IMG/VR virus record: IMGVR_UViG_3300033489_000035
Span: 1 to 34,925 of that record
Strand: one strand, 5' to 3'
DNA from: a virus
Taxonomy: Duplodnaviria; Caudoviricetes
DNA: 34,925 nt
Of this stretch, positions 23,010-32,633 are shown piece after piece; positions within the stretch are counted from its first letter, which is position 1, and every line of letters starts with the position of its first letter. Below the pieces are notes generated by a model. The model made no database searches and was not told the DNA's origin. It saw only the letters and a program-made list of their open reading frames with translations. The position numbers and the translations under genes were made by a program.

Positions 23010-24754
23010 TAGAAGGCCCCCGCATCATCCGTGATCAGCGTCACCCGGATCGGTTCATCCCACTGAGAGCCAGCAGGATTGAGCGCCCGGAGCGTGAACT
23101 TCGCATCGAAAGCGCCATTATTCTCCGGCGTATCATAATCGGAGATCGCCCAGAACGGAATTTCGATGAGCAGCAGCTCGGGGATCCCCGTGGCGATGTC
23201 CTTGCCCTTGAAGTAGAAAGAGATGCTGATCAGGGTGTTGTTGAAAATCTTCGCGCGGTGAGCGTACGTGTTCGCGTCCAGCCTGACCGTCATCTCTCCC
23301 GTGATCTCGAATTTTGCTTTCTGGTGGTAGATTCGGCCGGCGCTCCCCTGGCCATATCCTTCCGGATTGTGATTGTTCTTGATGTCGACAGAGATGTTTC
23401 GGATGAATGTGTACTCCGTGTCATCGATCGTAAAGCTGCCCTGCCAGAACCTGAGCGGATATGCATCCTCGAGGGTGAGCGCCGAAGCGACTTGGCCTTC
23501 GGTCTCGCTGAATCCCAGAATCTCCACGTCGGCCTCGACCATCCCCTTGAGCGCCGCGGTGAGCTTCATGGAATCGACAACACACCCGGCGAAAAGGAAA
23601 TTGTCCTGGAATCCATCCCCCTGTATCGTGTAGGTCGGACGCTCGGCATCGGTGAGATCGGCTTCATAGTATCGCATGTACGCGCCTGAGCCCGCCGAAG
23701 TGAACCAGAGATAGCCCCATTTGCTCTTGGCCTGCGTCGTCTTCGTGATATTGTCGCTCGCGGGAGTCGCCGGGGATCCAAAAAGAATGTTTGCCGCGTA
23801 GCCGGCGAACGCCTCGGCTTCCCTTTCGAGTTCTCCGATGGAATACTCGGTCAGAGCCGTGGAAGCTCCGGTCGTTGTTCCAGCCCCGGTACCTGCCGCG
23901 ATCGTTATCCCCTCAGCGACCGCGAAGAGGTCCGTGGCCCGAATAACCCAGATCCTCATATCGTTGTTGAAGGAGATGAGGATCCCGGCGTCTCCGGAGA
24001 TTGTTCCAGCAACGGCCTTGCCAACGTCGGTCGCCACGCAGTTGACGTATCCTGTGGCGGAGAATGCAAGCGAGCGGTGGCAGAGAGTTGATGCCGCCCC
24101 GTCGACGGTTCCCGCACCGGTCCCGCCGGTTATCGACAGCGCTTCGTTGATGTCATCGAAGAGATCTGTCGTTGATATGTACCACTCCCGCGTCGCATTG
24201 GCATAATCCAGGAGCACACCGGTATGACCAGAGTCTGCGCCAACGACCGGCAGCCCTATATCCCCGGGAACGCAGGCGATGTATCCGGCTGCCGCGAGAA
24301 TATGATGCCGCGTGACCGCCGTCAGATCTCGGTCTGCTCCGAAGTTCCAGGCCGCGTCATCGACTTCGGCTCCGAGAGCTCCCACCTGAGCGGAGAGCGT
24401 CATGCCCGCCGTCGAGATGAGTTTGCAGCTCGCGGATGCCCCGGTGTAGCGGATCCGGAGCGCTGAGGAGATCTGCGCCGGGACGCTCTCCGTGTGCAGG
24501 AGAGAGACCAGGAGCTTTCCGAACCCCGGACAGGCCCGCGGCGTGAGCGGGATGTTTCCCTTGACATCATAGGCCATGAGGAATTCGCCGATGTCCATGT
24601 TGTTTCCGACGATCGCCGGATCCGTCTGCTTTTCCGCCTTCTTCGTGAGGCTTGGGGTCCCGCGGATGGGGATGACATTCTCCATTGCATGAGGGGTCCC
24701 CGCGGCCGCCTCTTCTCCCCCGATCGTGAACTTGATATTTTTCGGATTCGGCAT
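23009..24754 (-). CDS. tail tube / major tail protein with large internal insertion
   Basis: Tube-like N-terminus (GGEEAAAGT, YDVKGNI) and C-terminus (PTYTIQ, FAGCVVDSMKL, ISVDIKNN, FEITGEMTV) separated by ~257 aa of inserted domains. Confidence 0.8.
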   Translation of the reverse strand: MPNPKNIKFTIGGEEAAAGTPHAMENVIPIRGTPSLTKKAEKQTDPAIVGNNMDIGEFLMAYDVKGNIPLTPRACPGFGKLLVSLLHTESVPAQISSALRIRYTGASASCKLISTAGMTLSAQVGALGAEVDDAAWNFGADRDLTAVTRHHILAAAGYIACVPGDIGLPVVGADSGHTGVLLDYANATREWYISTTDLFDDINEALSITGGTGAGTVDGAASTLCHRSLAFSATGYVNCVATDVGKAVAGTISGDAGILISFNNDMRIWVIRATDLFAVAEGITIAAGTGAGTTTGASTALTEYSIGELEREAEAFAGYAANILFGSPATPASDNITKTTQAKSKWGYLWFTSAGSGAYMRYYEADLTDAERPTYTIQGDGFQDNFLFAGCVVDSMKLTAALKGMVEADVEILGFSETEGQVASALTLEDAYPLRFWQGSFTIDDTEYTFIRNISVDIKNNHNPEGYGQGSAGRIYHQKAKFEITGEMTVRLDANTYAHRAKIFNNTLISISFYFKGKDIATGIPELLLIEIPFWAISDYDTPENNGAFDAKFTLRALNPAGSQWDEPIRVTLITDDAGAF

Positions 24755-24769
24755 ATTCCCTCCCGTGAC

Positions 24770-25243
24770 CTACGTCACAATTTCCGAGTAGATGCTGATG
24801 GTCACAATGACCACAGCTTGATTCTTTGCCTCGAGCGCGCCATGAAACAATCGGATTCCGGTGATTTCCGAATACTGGCATGTCCCGCCGAGGCTCTCAT
24901 CGTCTCCGATGAGATTGCGTATTGCATCTGCATAGAGGAGTAAATTCTCCTCGAGTTCGTCCGGTTTGCTGTTATTGATTGCCAGGAGAATGTCGATCGA
25001 CGGCTGGAGATTCTCGGCATGATTTGCCGAGGCCTCCGAGCTGACATCGGTCGCGATGAAACAGAATAGCGGGTAATGTGCCGAGGTATAGGGATCCCGA
25101 TAGCCGATCGCGTATTCGGCCGGATCGGTGAGCCGGAGGCCTCCGCCGACGTCGGTCTCGATGATCCGCAGGTGCCCCGGGAACATATTCACGAAATGAG
25201 TCTTTACCCCGAGAATCATGTCGTAAATATTCCGTTTAGACAC
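24770..25243 (-). CDS. putative tail terminator/completion protein
   Basis: GTG 25243 with AAGGAG RBS; position before the tube; DESLGGTC motif. Confidence 0.6.
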   Translation of the reverse strand: MSKRNIYDMILGVKTHFVNMFPGHLRIIETDVGGGLRLTDPAEYAIGYRDPYTSAHYPLFCFIATDVSSEASANHAENLQPSIDILLAINNSKPDELEENLLLYADAIRNLIGDDESLGGTCQYSEITGIRLFHGALEAKNQAVVIVTISIYSEIVT

Positions 25244-25733
25244 CGGAAGTCTCCTTGAAACGCCTGGCAATCGCCTTATCGATCAGCTTGTCCACATTCT
25301 TCTTGAATGAACCTTGAAAATTGAATGCGGCTGCCGCCGGCTCCATCACTCTCCGCTCAGGGAGATGGATGTAGCGGACGAAAACGTATTCCTTGAACTT
25401 CGGATTGCCTTCGACATTCGGGAATCTGAGGAACTGCCGAGTCGGCCGGATGTTAGCCCCGCCCGAATGTGAAAAGATATTCAGGACCCGCGGACTTCCG
25501 GAGACCGTGAAATCGTGAGTCGCCCGGCGATAGCGGCCATAATGGAAATCGGCCCACATCTTGCCCGTGCGTTTATAAAACACCTGGCCGCTCAGGTATT
25601 TCTTTCGAATGAAATTGCGGAATTCTCTGGCCGTCGCCCGGAGGCCTCCATCAAGGATCCCCGGGGAGAGGTCCGCAAACTCGCGGAGCCTCGTCTCGTT
25701 CTCATCCTGCACGGTGAACTGGATTTGAATCAT
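25236..25733 (-). CDS. neck/tail completion protein (HK97 gp10-like)
   Basis: Basic; KRTGKM...HSGGANIRP...HLPERRVMEPA; position in the joining module. Confidence 0.6.
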   Translation of the reverse strand: MIQIQFTVQDENETRLREFADLSPGILDGGLRATAREFRNFIRKKYLSGQVFYKRTGKMWADFHYGRYRRATHDFTVSGSPRVLNIFSHSGGANIRPTRQFLRFPNVEGNPKFKEYVFVRYIHLPERRVMEPAAAAFNFQGSFKKNVDKLIDKAIARRFKETSGV

Positions 25734-26647
25734 GCCCGATGATCCTTATAGGATTCGAAGACTCTCCGTGCCGAAAGAGGGATTTCTATTTCGAGGCTTG
25801 TATTCACTCCATCCGCGCTCTGTCCCCTCTTTCCGATGCTCAGGGAGCGCATTCTAACCAGGTTCCATTCGACAGCCTCGGCAACTGCCTGCTGTAGAAT
25901 GCTTGGAACAGTGGAGTATCCCGCATTGTATTCTATGCGGACATTTCTGATCCCCTCAGAGAATGTGTTATCCGGGTAAACGATCATCCCGTCTTCTTCG
26001 AAGAAGAGATAATCAGTAGCCGTGATCTCCGTGGTAGAACCAAAAGCCCTTTCGGAATCTATATAGAGATGGGTAACAGAATTGATTGGATATGCAGGAA
26101 GAATAATTCTGTCACGACCGTTTCCGTCAAAATCATAGGGTTTCTGCTGTCCAACACCATACGTCCGCGCCTTCAGCTTCCGCCGGCTGATAATCTCGGC
26201 CTGTTCAGTGACGGCATTGATGAGATGTTCGCAGAGAGTCTGATCATCCGTGCTTACATTGCCGGAGCCGAGCAAGGTCTGAACACGTGAGAAATTTGTC
26301 AGCGCATAGGTATCGAGAATGGAGACAATATTGAAGAGGATATATGCATAAACACCCTTTGCTTGAACCGTTGCCGCAAGGATGTTCTCTGCATCGATAT
26401 CGTCACCATAGAGAATGGAACATGAATAATTCGCGTATGCATCGATCAGAATACGGAGCTCCTCGAGAGTATCGTATGCCGCTGCCGTGAGATCCATGAC
26501 GCCGGCGACGCCGAAGGTTGCATCCGGAGCCTCGGCTCCGAGAGCCCCAATATTCGAAGTGAGTGTTTTCGCTACAGAATCGGCTACAAGCAGGCAGCTT
26601 GCCTGCGCTCCGGTGTATTGGATCTTTAGACACGCGCCTGTAGGCAT
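25730..26647 (-). CDS. head-tail connector (adaptor) with extra N-terminal domain
   Basis: C-terminal LTNFSRVQTLL...DDQTLCEHLINAVT...LPAYPINSV...NVRIEYNAGY..VPSILQQAV; the first ~105 aa are an added domain. Confidence 0.8.
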   Translation of the reverse strand: MPTGACLKIQYTGAQASCLLVADSVAKTLTSNIGALGAEAPDATFGVAGVMDLTAAAYDTLEELRILIDAYANYSCSILYGDDIDAENILAATVQAKGVYAYILFNIVSILDTYALTNFSRVQTLLGSGNVSTDDQTLCEHLINAVTEQAEIISRRKLKARTYGVGQQKPYDFDGNGRDRIILPAYPINSVTHLYIDSERAFGSTTEITATDYLFFEEDGMIVYPDNTFSEGIRNVRIEYNAGYSTVPSILQQAVAEAVEWNLVRMRSLSIGKRGQSADGVNTSLEIEIPLSARRVFESYKDHRA

Positions 26648-26650
26648 CGC

Positions 26651-26998
26651 TTATGCCCTTGCGGATTTGTAGATGACTTCCAGGCCCCAGGTTCTATTGC
26701 TCCCGTTCGCGTATTCGAATAGGAGGTGGTCCTTGACCCTCATGAAAGGCCATTGATCGGGAGCGTATCGGCTATCCGTGAGGAGTGTCATATCAGGGCT
26801 CCCGTTCAGAATGGCGCTATATTCTACGCCCTCCGCGGATTCGACCTTGATCGTATACGCGACGACCCCGACCGCCCCGCCGGCCGCACTCAGATGCAGG
26901 CGCGCTTCCGCGAACCTTATATCTCCCTGGCCATCAGCCTCCAAGTCGTCGATTCGTACCGAAACCGGTCCGTTTCCCTTAAAAAATCTATGGAGCAT
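26651..26998 (-). CDS. hypothetical beta-rich virion accessory protein
   Basis: AGGAGG RBS; lies in the head accessory block. Confidence 0.6.
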   Translation of the reverse strand: MLHRFFKGNGPVSVRIDDLEADGQGDIRFAEARLHLSAAGGAVGVVAYTIKVESAEGVEYSAILNGSPDMTLLTDSRYAPDQWPFMRVKDHLLFEYANGSNRTWGLEVIYKSARA

Positions 26999-27013
26999 GG
27001 CTCCCTCCTAAAC

Positions 27014-27039
27014 TGGCCGCCCGCTTACGAGGGCGGCCA
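27014..27039 (-). terminator. GC-rich hairpin, weak terminator or stabiliser
   Basis: TGGCCGCCC...GGGCGGCCA stem around a GTAA loop, followed by only GTTT. Confidence 0.45.
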
Positions 27040-27058
27040 TCATTCCAAAAGACTTCGT

Positions 27059-27793
27059 TCAGATGATCTGGATCGCGCGCATCCAGTAGATGCTCATCGT
27101 CTTCGCTGCGTTTTCACCAGTCCGAAGATTGATGCTCGGAGTGAGATCTTCAGTCGGTAGACTTGCTGCCGTGCTGGTCACGAGAATTCCATCCACATAG
27201 AAATTGATGGTTGTCCCATCCCAGGTGATCTCGTAGATGTGAGCCGACGTATCCATCGCTGTTGCACTGTTGGCAGTCGCCGTCTCCGCTCCAGCTACGT
27301 AGGTTTTTGCCTTGATGATCGTTCCGGCATCAGCCTTCCAGAAGAAGACACCTTCGACATCGGCCGCCGCAATTTCGTGGGCTACGGCTGTTTTCACGAG
27401 ATCCGCATGCGTATGGCAGAGACCTATGAGAAGATCGCTTTGTGTCGCATCCGAGATCGAGCACTTGATCCCGAAATAGAAGGGCTTGTCAGTGGTGAGC
27501 TTGAATGCTTCACCCTTTGCTTGGAGCTGTATCCCTTCATACTCCGCATCATCCGTCGTAAGGAGCATGGCGATCCCAGCCGTGGCCGAGTTGACGATCG
27601 TGCAGCTCCCGGCTCCAGTTTCCGTGACCACCGTCGTGAAACGTGTCGGCTTCCCGGTCGTATTATCGCTCGCCTGCCCGGGGGTGACCTCGAATTTCAT
27701 GACGTTTTGCCCGCGTGCATCGATCCACCGGGATTCATTTCCTTCCTGGTAGAATATCTGCGCTTCCCTGATCAATTTTGAGTTGACCATCAT
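27059..27793 (-). CDS. ConA/LamG-like capsid accessory protein, paralogue 2
   Basis: HIYEITWDGTTINFYVDG; collinear with 27803..28525. Confidence 0.7.
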   Translation of the reverse strand: MMVNSKLIREAQIFYQEGNESRWIDARGQNVMKFEVTPGQASDNTTGKPTRFTTVVTETGAGSCTIVNSATAGIAMLLTTDDAEYEGIQLQAKGEAFKLTTDKPFYFGIKCSISDATQSDLLIGLCHTHADLVKTAVAHEIAAADVEGVFFWKADAGTIIKAKTYVAGAETATANSATAMDTSAHIYEITWDGTTINFYVDGILVTSTAASLPTEDLTPSINLRTGENAAKTMSIYWMRAIQII

Positions 27794-27802
27794 CGGCCTC
27801 CC

Positions 27803-28525
27803 CTATGTGATCTGGATGGCGCGCATCCATGCGATGTTGGCCGTACGCACCGCGGCGCCGCCGTTGCGGAAGTGAACCACCGGGGTGAGGGCGCCAGTCG
27901 TGAGCGAGACCGCCGTAGAAGTGACCAGCGTCCCATCGTAATAGAAGTTCACGTAGGCACCGTCCCAGTAGATCTCGTAGATGTGGTAGTTTGCATCGGT
28001 TGCCGTAGCCGCGACAGCGGTTGCGCTCTGAGCGTTGTTCTCATAGGAATATGCGGCAACGGCGCCTGCTGTCAGGTGCATGAAGAACACCCCATCGACA
28101 GCCGCGGCCACAACCGTGTGTGCCGCAGCCTCGAGATATGCCGTGAGCGTCTCCATGAGCCCCACAACGAAATCACATGCGACATTCGACACCTTCATCT
28201 TGATGCCGAAGTATGCGGGTTTGCCACTGGCGAGCTCGAACGCTTCCCCGCGCAGTGTCAGACAAACACCGTCGTATTCGTTTCCGGCATTGGTGATGAG
28301 AAGTTTCTCTCCTGCCGTCTCCGAATTGGTTGTGAGCGAATCCCCTGCACCTGCCTCTACGACCGTGGTCACACACCGCGTCGGATCCCCGGTCGTATCG
28401 TCCATGGGGGTCCCCGTCTCCAGCTCGAGTTTGACGACATTCAAGCCGATAGCATCCAGCCATCGGGCTTGATTATCGCCGTCGTAGAAGATCTGCGCTT
28501 CCCGAATCCATTTGCTATTCACCAT
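27803..28525 (-). CDS. ConA/LamG-like capsid accessory protein, paralogue 1
   Basis: HIYEIYWDGAYVNFYYDG; collinear with 27059..27793. Confidence 0.7.
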   Translation of the reverse strand: MVNSKWIREAQIFYDGDNQARWLDAIGLNVVKLELETGTPMDDTTGDPTRCVTTVVEAGAGDSLTTNSETAGEKLLITNAGNEYDGVCLTLRGEAFELASGKPAYFGIKMKVSNVACDFVVGLMETLTAYLEAAAHTVVAAAVDGVFFMHLTAGAVAAYSYENNAQSATAVAATATDANYHIYEIYWDGAYVNFYYDGTLVTSTAVSLTTGALTPVVHFRNGGAAVRTANIAWMRAIQIT

Positions 28526-28544
28526 TGCATGGTCCTTTCTGATA

Positions 28545-28566
28545 GAGGGCGGGTTTCCCCGTCCTC
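28545..28566 (-). other. GAAA-tetraloop hairpin without U tract
   Basis: Minus strand GAGGACGGG-GAAA-CCCGCCCTC in the intergenic space. Confidence 0.4.
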
Positions 28567-28592
28567 ATCGGCTTCTATTCAAGAATCCAGTT

Positions 28593-29060
28593 CTAAAGCG
28601 CGGTCGGGGAGCTTTCCTCCGCGTACCGAGCCCCTGAAAGAACGGCGATCACGGCCGCGAAGAGCGAAGCGCCGGGATTCGTGAAGTAGAGATTGATCCC
28701 GTTGTATCCCTCTCCGAGCTCTGCGGCATCGACGCTGATCACGTACATGATGTCAATCGTGGCCGCAGTGGCAAATCCTGCAGCGTCTGCATCCGTCGCG
28801 CGATCAAGGACGTCTCCGTCCTGGGTGAGCTCGGCGTAATACTTGAACGGAATCGCCACCTCGGATCCAGCGGTCGTTTCCGGATCTTTCTCGACCGTAA
28901 CCGTCGCGGCCGTTCCGCCGGCCCCGGTGACGATGATGAAATCAACATGGGAGTAGTTCTTCATGTTGATGATGTCGGTTCTGTGGGCTCCACCGTTCAG
29001 CTCATGGGGTGTCACGAGGCAAACGATGTGCGCCTCTTCGGGAATATTGAATCCTTTCAT
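28593..29060 (-). CDS. putative capsid decoration/cement protein
   Basis: ATG 29060 (MKGFNIPEE) with GGAAGGA RBS directly after the MCP; beta-sandwich-like composition. Confidence 0.6.
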   Translation of the reverse strand: MKGFNIPEEAHIVCLVTPHELNGGAHRTDIINMKNYSHVDFIIVTGAGGTAATVTVEKDPETTAGSEVAIPFKYYAELTQDGDVLDRATDADAAGFATAATIDIMYVISVDAAELGEGYNGINLYFTNPGASLFAAVIAVLSGARYAEESSPTAL

Positions 29061-29088
29061 TACTCTGTCCTTCCTTCCTGCGCTACCG

Positions 29089-30429
29089 TTAGGCGCGCGC
29101 GCCGAGGGTGACGAACGGAGAAACCGTGTTCCCCGCAGTCGCCTTGTATGGGGTGAGAACGGAGGCCCATGCGGGTTGACCGTTGACACGGTAGACCCAC
29201 CGGAAGGCCATTTCGTTCGTGGTGAAGAGGACGTGCAGTGACTGCGCGGCCTGAACTCCGCCCTTGTCAATGAGCACGTACTCCCCGAGGTCGACGAGGC
29301 TGATGTCGCCGGCGTCGCCGAGAGCCGAGGCCTGTTCGATCTCCATCACCGGCCGGCCCTTCATCGTTCCGTACGGAGCTCCGGAGATTCCGCCAGGGGG
29401 CAAATAGACGGGGATTCCCCCCGTTCCCACGGGCAGGGAGAGCTGCTCGAGCTGAGGCAGACATTCCTGGTTGATAAGCCACGTCGAGCGGCCGCGGCTT
29501 CCATTCCAGAGACGTGCCCACATCTTGTTGATGTTCTGGATGACGACGGTGTCTGCGGTCTGCCCGGTTTCTTTCGTGATGGTGGTCAAGGCGGTTGCGT
29601 TGAGGAACCCAAGCCCCTGGCCGACGCCGGTCCCGCGGACGATTTCATCGTCCAACTTGAAACCGAATTCCTGCGCGAATCCCTGCTCCACGATCGCGCC
29701 GAGGGCCGTCGCATCCTGGATGAGGTCGTTCGTCGCATAGCAGAGCCCGATCATGTCCTCGAGATCGAGTTCGAATTTGCCGAACTCGGGCCTGGCGGCC
29801 GTTCCTGCAGCGGCTTCGTTCTTGCGGTAGACTCTGACTCCGCCGAGGCGGGATCCGGTCGCGCGCGAGGTCTCCTTGATGTACGGAGCGCGGAGACCAT
29901 TCTTGCCTTCCCCGATAGGGATCTTCTGGCACATATTGATCAGCTTCCCGGTTTCATGGGCCTTCTGGATGAGCTGCGTGGAGTAGTCCTTGTCAACGAC
30001 GAATCCGCCGTCTGCGGGAACCGCCTCGTTCATGCCGCTGGCTGCAGCCCGGAACTCCGCGGACATCCTGGAGAGAAGGCGGGGATCCTTCACGCCGGTC
30101 GGCTTCCCGCCGATTCTGTCGCCCACGGGCATCGCCGCGCAGGCAATCGCCTGCAGGTATTCCCCGAGGGAAGCGAAGGGTTTGTCCGCAGCATCCTGCA
30201 CAACCTCAAGCCTTTCTCCGGTCGGGACATTGGATTTCGCTGCCTCGAGCTGGGTTTCGAGGTCGATCTTCCCCTTCAGGGTATTGATCTCCTCGATGTA
30301 TCCACGGAGGAGTGTCTGCTCCTCGGCCGAGTATTCGCGATTCTCCGTCTCCGCCTTTTTCTTGATCTCGTCGATCTTGGCGTCAACGGTGCGAATCTGG
30401 GCTTGATATTCGGTTATTTTCTTTTTCAC
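29089..30429 (-). CDS. HK97-family major capsid protein with N-terminal scaffold (delta) domain
   Basis: Coiled-coil N-terminus; DGGFVV, GTGVGQGLG, GRPV, NEMAFRWVYRVNGQP and SPFVTL motifs. Confidence 0.95.
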   Translation of the reverse strand: MKKKITEYQAQIRTVDAKIDEIKKKAETENREYSAEEQTLLRGYIEEINTLKGKIDLETQLEAAKSNVPTGERLEVVQDAADKPFASLGEYLQAIACAAMPVGDRIGGKPTGVKDPRLLSRMSAEFRAAASGMNEAVPADGGFVVDKDYSTQLIQKAHETGKLINMCQKIPIGEGKNGLRAPYIKETSRATGSRLGGVRVYRKNEAAAGTAARPEFGKFELDLEDMIGLCYATNDLIQDATALGAIVEQGFAQEFGFKLDDEIVRGTGVGQGLGFLNATALTTITKETGQTADTVVIQNINKMWARLWNGSRGRSTWLINQECLPQLEQLSLPVGTGGIPVYLPPGGISGAPYGTMKGRPVMEIEQASALGDAGDISLVDLGEYVLIDKGGVQAAQSLHVLFTTNEMAFRWVYRVNGQPAWASVLTPYKATAGNTVSPFVTLGARA

Positions 30430-30432
30430 AGT

Positions 30433-31299
30433 TTACGCTCCTTTCGCGTATTCCTGAGCTTCAAAGAGTGCGCGGGAATCTGCCGCACTCCATATAGGCG
30501 CCGCCACGTTCTCGCCCTTGGGCTCATTCCCTGAACCCATTTCCTCCGAGCTTCCCGCATCGTCGGACGTGGAAAATATTTTCGCCGTGATACGTCTGGA
30601 TTCAGAATTGCTGTACCCTCCATCCCGGAGGAACTTCTCGAAATCCCGTTTCGTCATCGGCGGAGGTGCCTTTCTTTTTGCATTCTCGATCAGGGCTTTT
30701 GGTGCATGCTGGAATTTGAACTTCGACAGATCGCAGGCTAGCGCCGCTACTTCAGCCGTTTCCTCTATGCTATCAGCGAAGCCTGCCTCTCGCGCTTCTT
30801 CTGCGGTCATCCATGTCTCCTCTTCCATGAGGCTGAGGATCTCTTCGCGATCGCTGTTGCTCCTCGCCGTATAGATATCTGCCATTCCGCTCCCTATCGA
30901 ATCCAGGAGATCGGCAGTCTGCCTTATCTCCTGCGCCGTTCCCATGGTGATGGCCCAAGGATTGTGGATCATGAAATAAGCGCCTTCTCCCATGATCATC
31001 GATTTTCCTGCAAGGGCGATCACGGAAGAGATTGACGCAGCGAGCCCAAGCACTTTTACGCTGATCTTTTCCTTTTGCGGAGCGAGGATATTGTAAATTG
31101 TCATTCCCGCGAATACGTCGCCCCCGGGAGAATTGAGTAGGAGTGTTATTTCCTTTCGGTCTTTGATCGCATCGTATTCCTTCTTGAAATCCGATGCGTT
31201 CACGCCCCAAGCCCCTATCTCATCAAAAATGGAAATCTCGGCTGTCGTTTCATCGGCCTTCATGGAAAACCACCTTCGATTGATATTGACGGCCTTCAT
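30433..31299 (-). CDS. ClpP-like prohead maturation protease
   Basis: LNSPGGDVF, GLAASISS, FMIHNP, ETWMTAEEAREAGFAD. Confidence 0.95.
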   Translation of the reverse strand: MKAVNINRRWFSMKADETTAEISIFDEIGAWGVNASDFKKEYDAIKDRKEITLLLNSPGGDVFAGMTIYNILAPQKEKISVKVLGLAASISSVIALAGKSMIMGEGAYFMIHNPWAITMGTAQEIRQTADLLDSIGSGMADIYTARSNSDREEILSLMEEETWMTAEEAREAGFADSIEETAEVAALACDLSKFKFQHAPKALIENAKRKAPPPMTKRDFEKFLRDGGYSNSESRRITAKIFSTSDDAGSSEEMGSGNEPKGENVAAPIWSAADSRALFEAQEYAKGA

Positions 31300-32633
31300 T
31301 TCTCTTCTCCTTCTCCTGGATTATCTTCTTCCGGTTCTTCAGGCTTCGCAGGTTCACGCCCGGGCATAAAATCCGTATTTTGATTCGGCAGTTCGCCAAT
31401 CTTATCGGCTACGGTATAATTCGACGGAACAAGATATTTCTCTCCCTGCCCATCAGGCTGAGGATTCCTATTTTTGATCGCGCGCCATTCGTCGGCGTTT
31501 ATGATTCCCCACTGCCTCTCAATGGCGAGTGCATTATTTTGTGCAACCATGTCTCCGCGTAGAAGAGATTCGAGCAGGAATTCTGCGAATAGATCGCTCT
31601 GTTCTTCCGGTTCTATGAGCTGTAGACAGATCTCGCTTTCAATAAGCGCAGCCCACGGCTGCAGATTATCCTGGATATTCTCGATCTGTTGATGCTCAAT
31701 ATTCGAGAAGGTTGCCCGGGAAAGTTCTTTAAGCTTATGCGGGGGAAGATTGAGCCATCGCGCGATCTCCTGAATCTGGAAGGTCCTCGAAACAAGAAAC
31801 TGTGCATCATCAAGAGGGATTGTATTCTCTTTGAACTTCATCCCTTCCTCGAGCACTATGAACTTTCCCTGTTTATCAGGCCCAGAATAATTCTGAGAGA
31901 TACTTTCTTCGAGTCTCTTTTTTGTACCCGAAGTTTCAAATTTTGGAGCCTCGAGAGGACGTTCTATAAAACCCCCAGCTTGAATACCACTCCCGAAATA
32001 ATTCTGCCCATACTGCTCCATTGCAGCGGTGAGCCCGAGCGAATTGCGCGCCAGGGAGAGAACGGAAAACCCGGTCATTCCGTTGAATCCGGGACCTGGA
32101 ATATGGAATATTTCATTTCGTGTGAGAGTTAGGGGCCGCGTATTTTCCTCGAGTTTCACCTCATAATACAGATCGAGCGTTCCTTTCACCCTGAATGTTT
32201 TTACCTGAGATGGATGCAGGATCCTCAGCCCGAGCAGAATGCCGCGGTATGGATCCCGGATCTTTATCGCGAATGCATTGCCCCAGAAAACGAGATGCCC
32301 GGTGAGAGTCCTCCATCCATGATAGGCTGTCATAGTCGGTGAGAAACGATCGTGAAGAACTGAGTACAATGGATGTGTTTTAATGCGCCTCTTGCTTGTT
32401 TCGTCGATCCTCTCATAGAGTATGCATTTGCATGACGCCATCCACCCGGTGATCAGATTGACTCCACAGAAAAAAGCGGCGATCCCCATCGCCTGCGTCG
32501 GACCGATATCTACACCGGAACGAGTTTTCTGTCCTTCCGCTGCCTGGCGCATTTGCTCCGCGAACTCATCCAGGGAGATATTCGGCCATGCCGCTGCGAC
32601 GCGGAAGAGCTTCATTCGTTCCCGGAACTTCAC
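31296..32633 (-). CDS. HK97-family portal protein
   Basis: WGNAF, EIFHI, VLEEGMKF, DAQFL...QEIARWLNLPPHKL, ATFSNIEHQ. Confidence 0.95.
   Translation of the reverse strand: MKFRERMKLFRVAAAWPNISLDEFAEQMRQAAEGQKTRSGVDIGPTQAMGIAAFFCGVNLITGWMASCKCILYERIDETSKRRIKTHPLYSVLHDRFSPTMTAYHGWRTLTGHLVFWGNAFAIKIRDPYRGILLGLRILHPSQVKTFRVKGTLDLYYEVKLEENTRPLTLTRNEIFHIPGPGFNGMTGFSVLSLARNSLGLTAAMEQYGQNYFGSGIQAGGFIERPLEAPKFETSGTKKRLEESISQNYSGPDKQGKFIVLEEGMKFKENTIPLDDAQFLVSRTFQIQEIARWLNLPPHKLKELSRATFSNIEHQQIENIQDNLQPWAALIESEICLQLIEPEEQSDLFAEFLLESLLRGDMVAQNNALAIERQWGIINADEWRAIKNRNPQPDGQGEKYLVPSNYTVADKIGELPNQNTDFMPGREPAKPEEPEEDNPGEGEEK

Noticed and set aside
29061-29270. N-terminal extension of ORF 28593..29270
   Set aside because: It overlaps the capsid gene; ATG 29060 has its own RBS.
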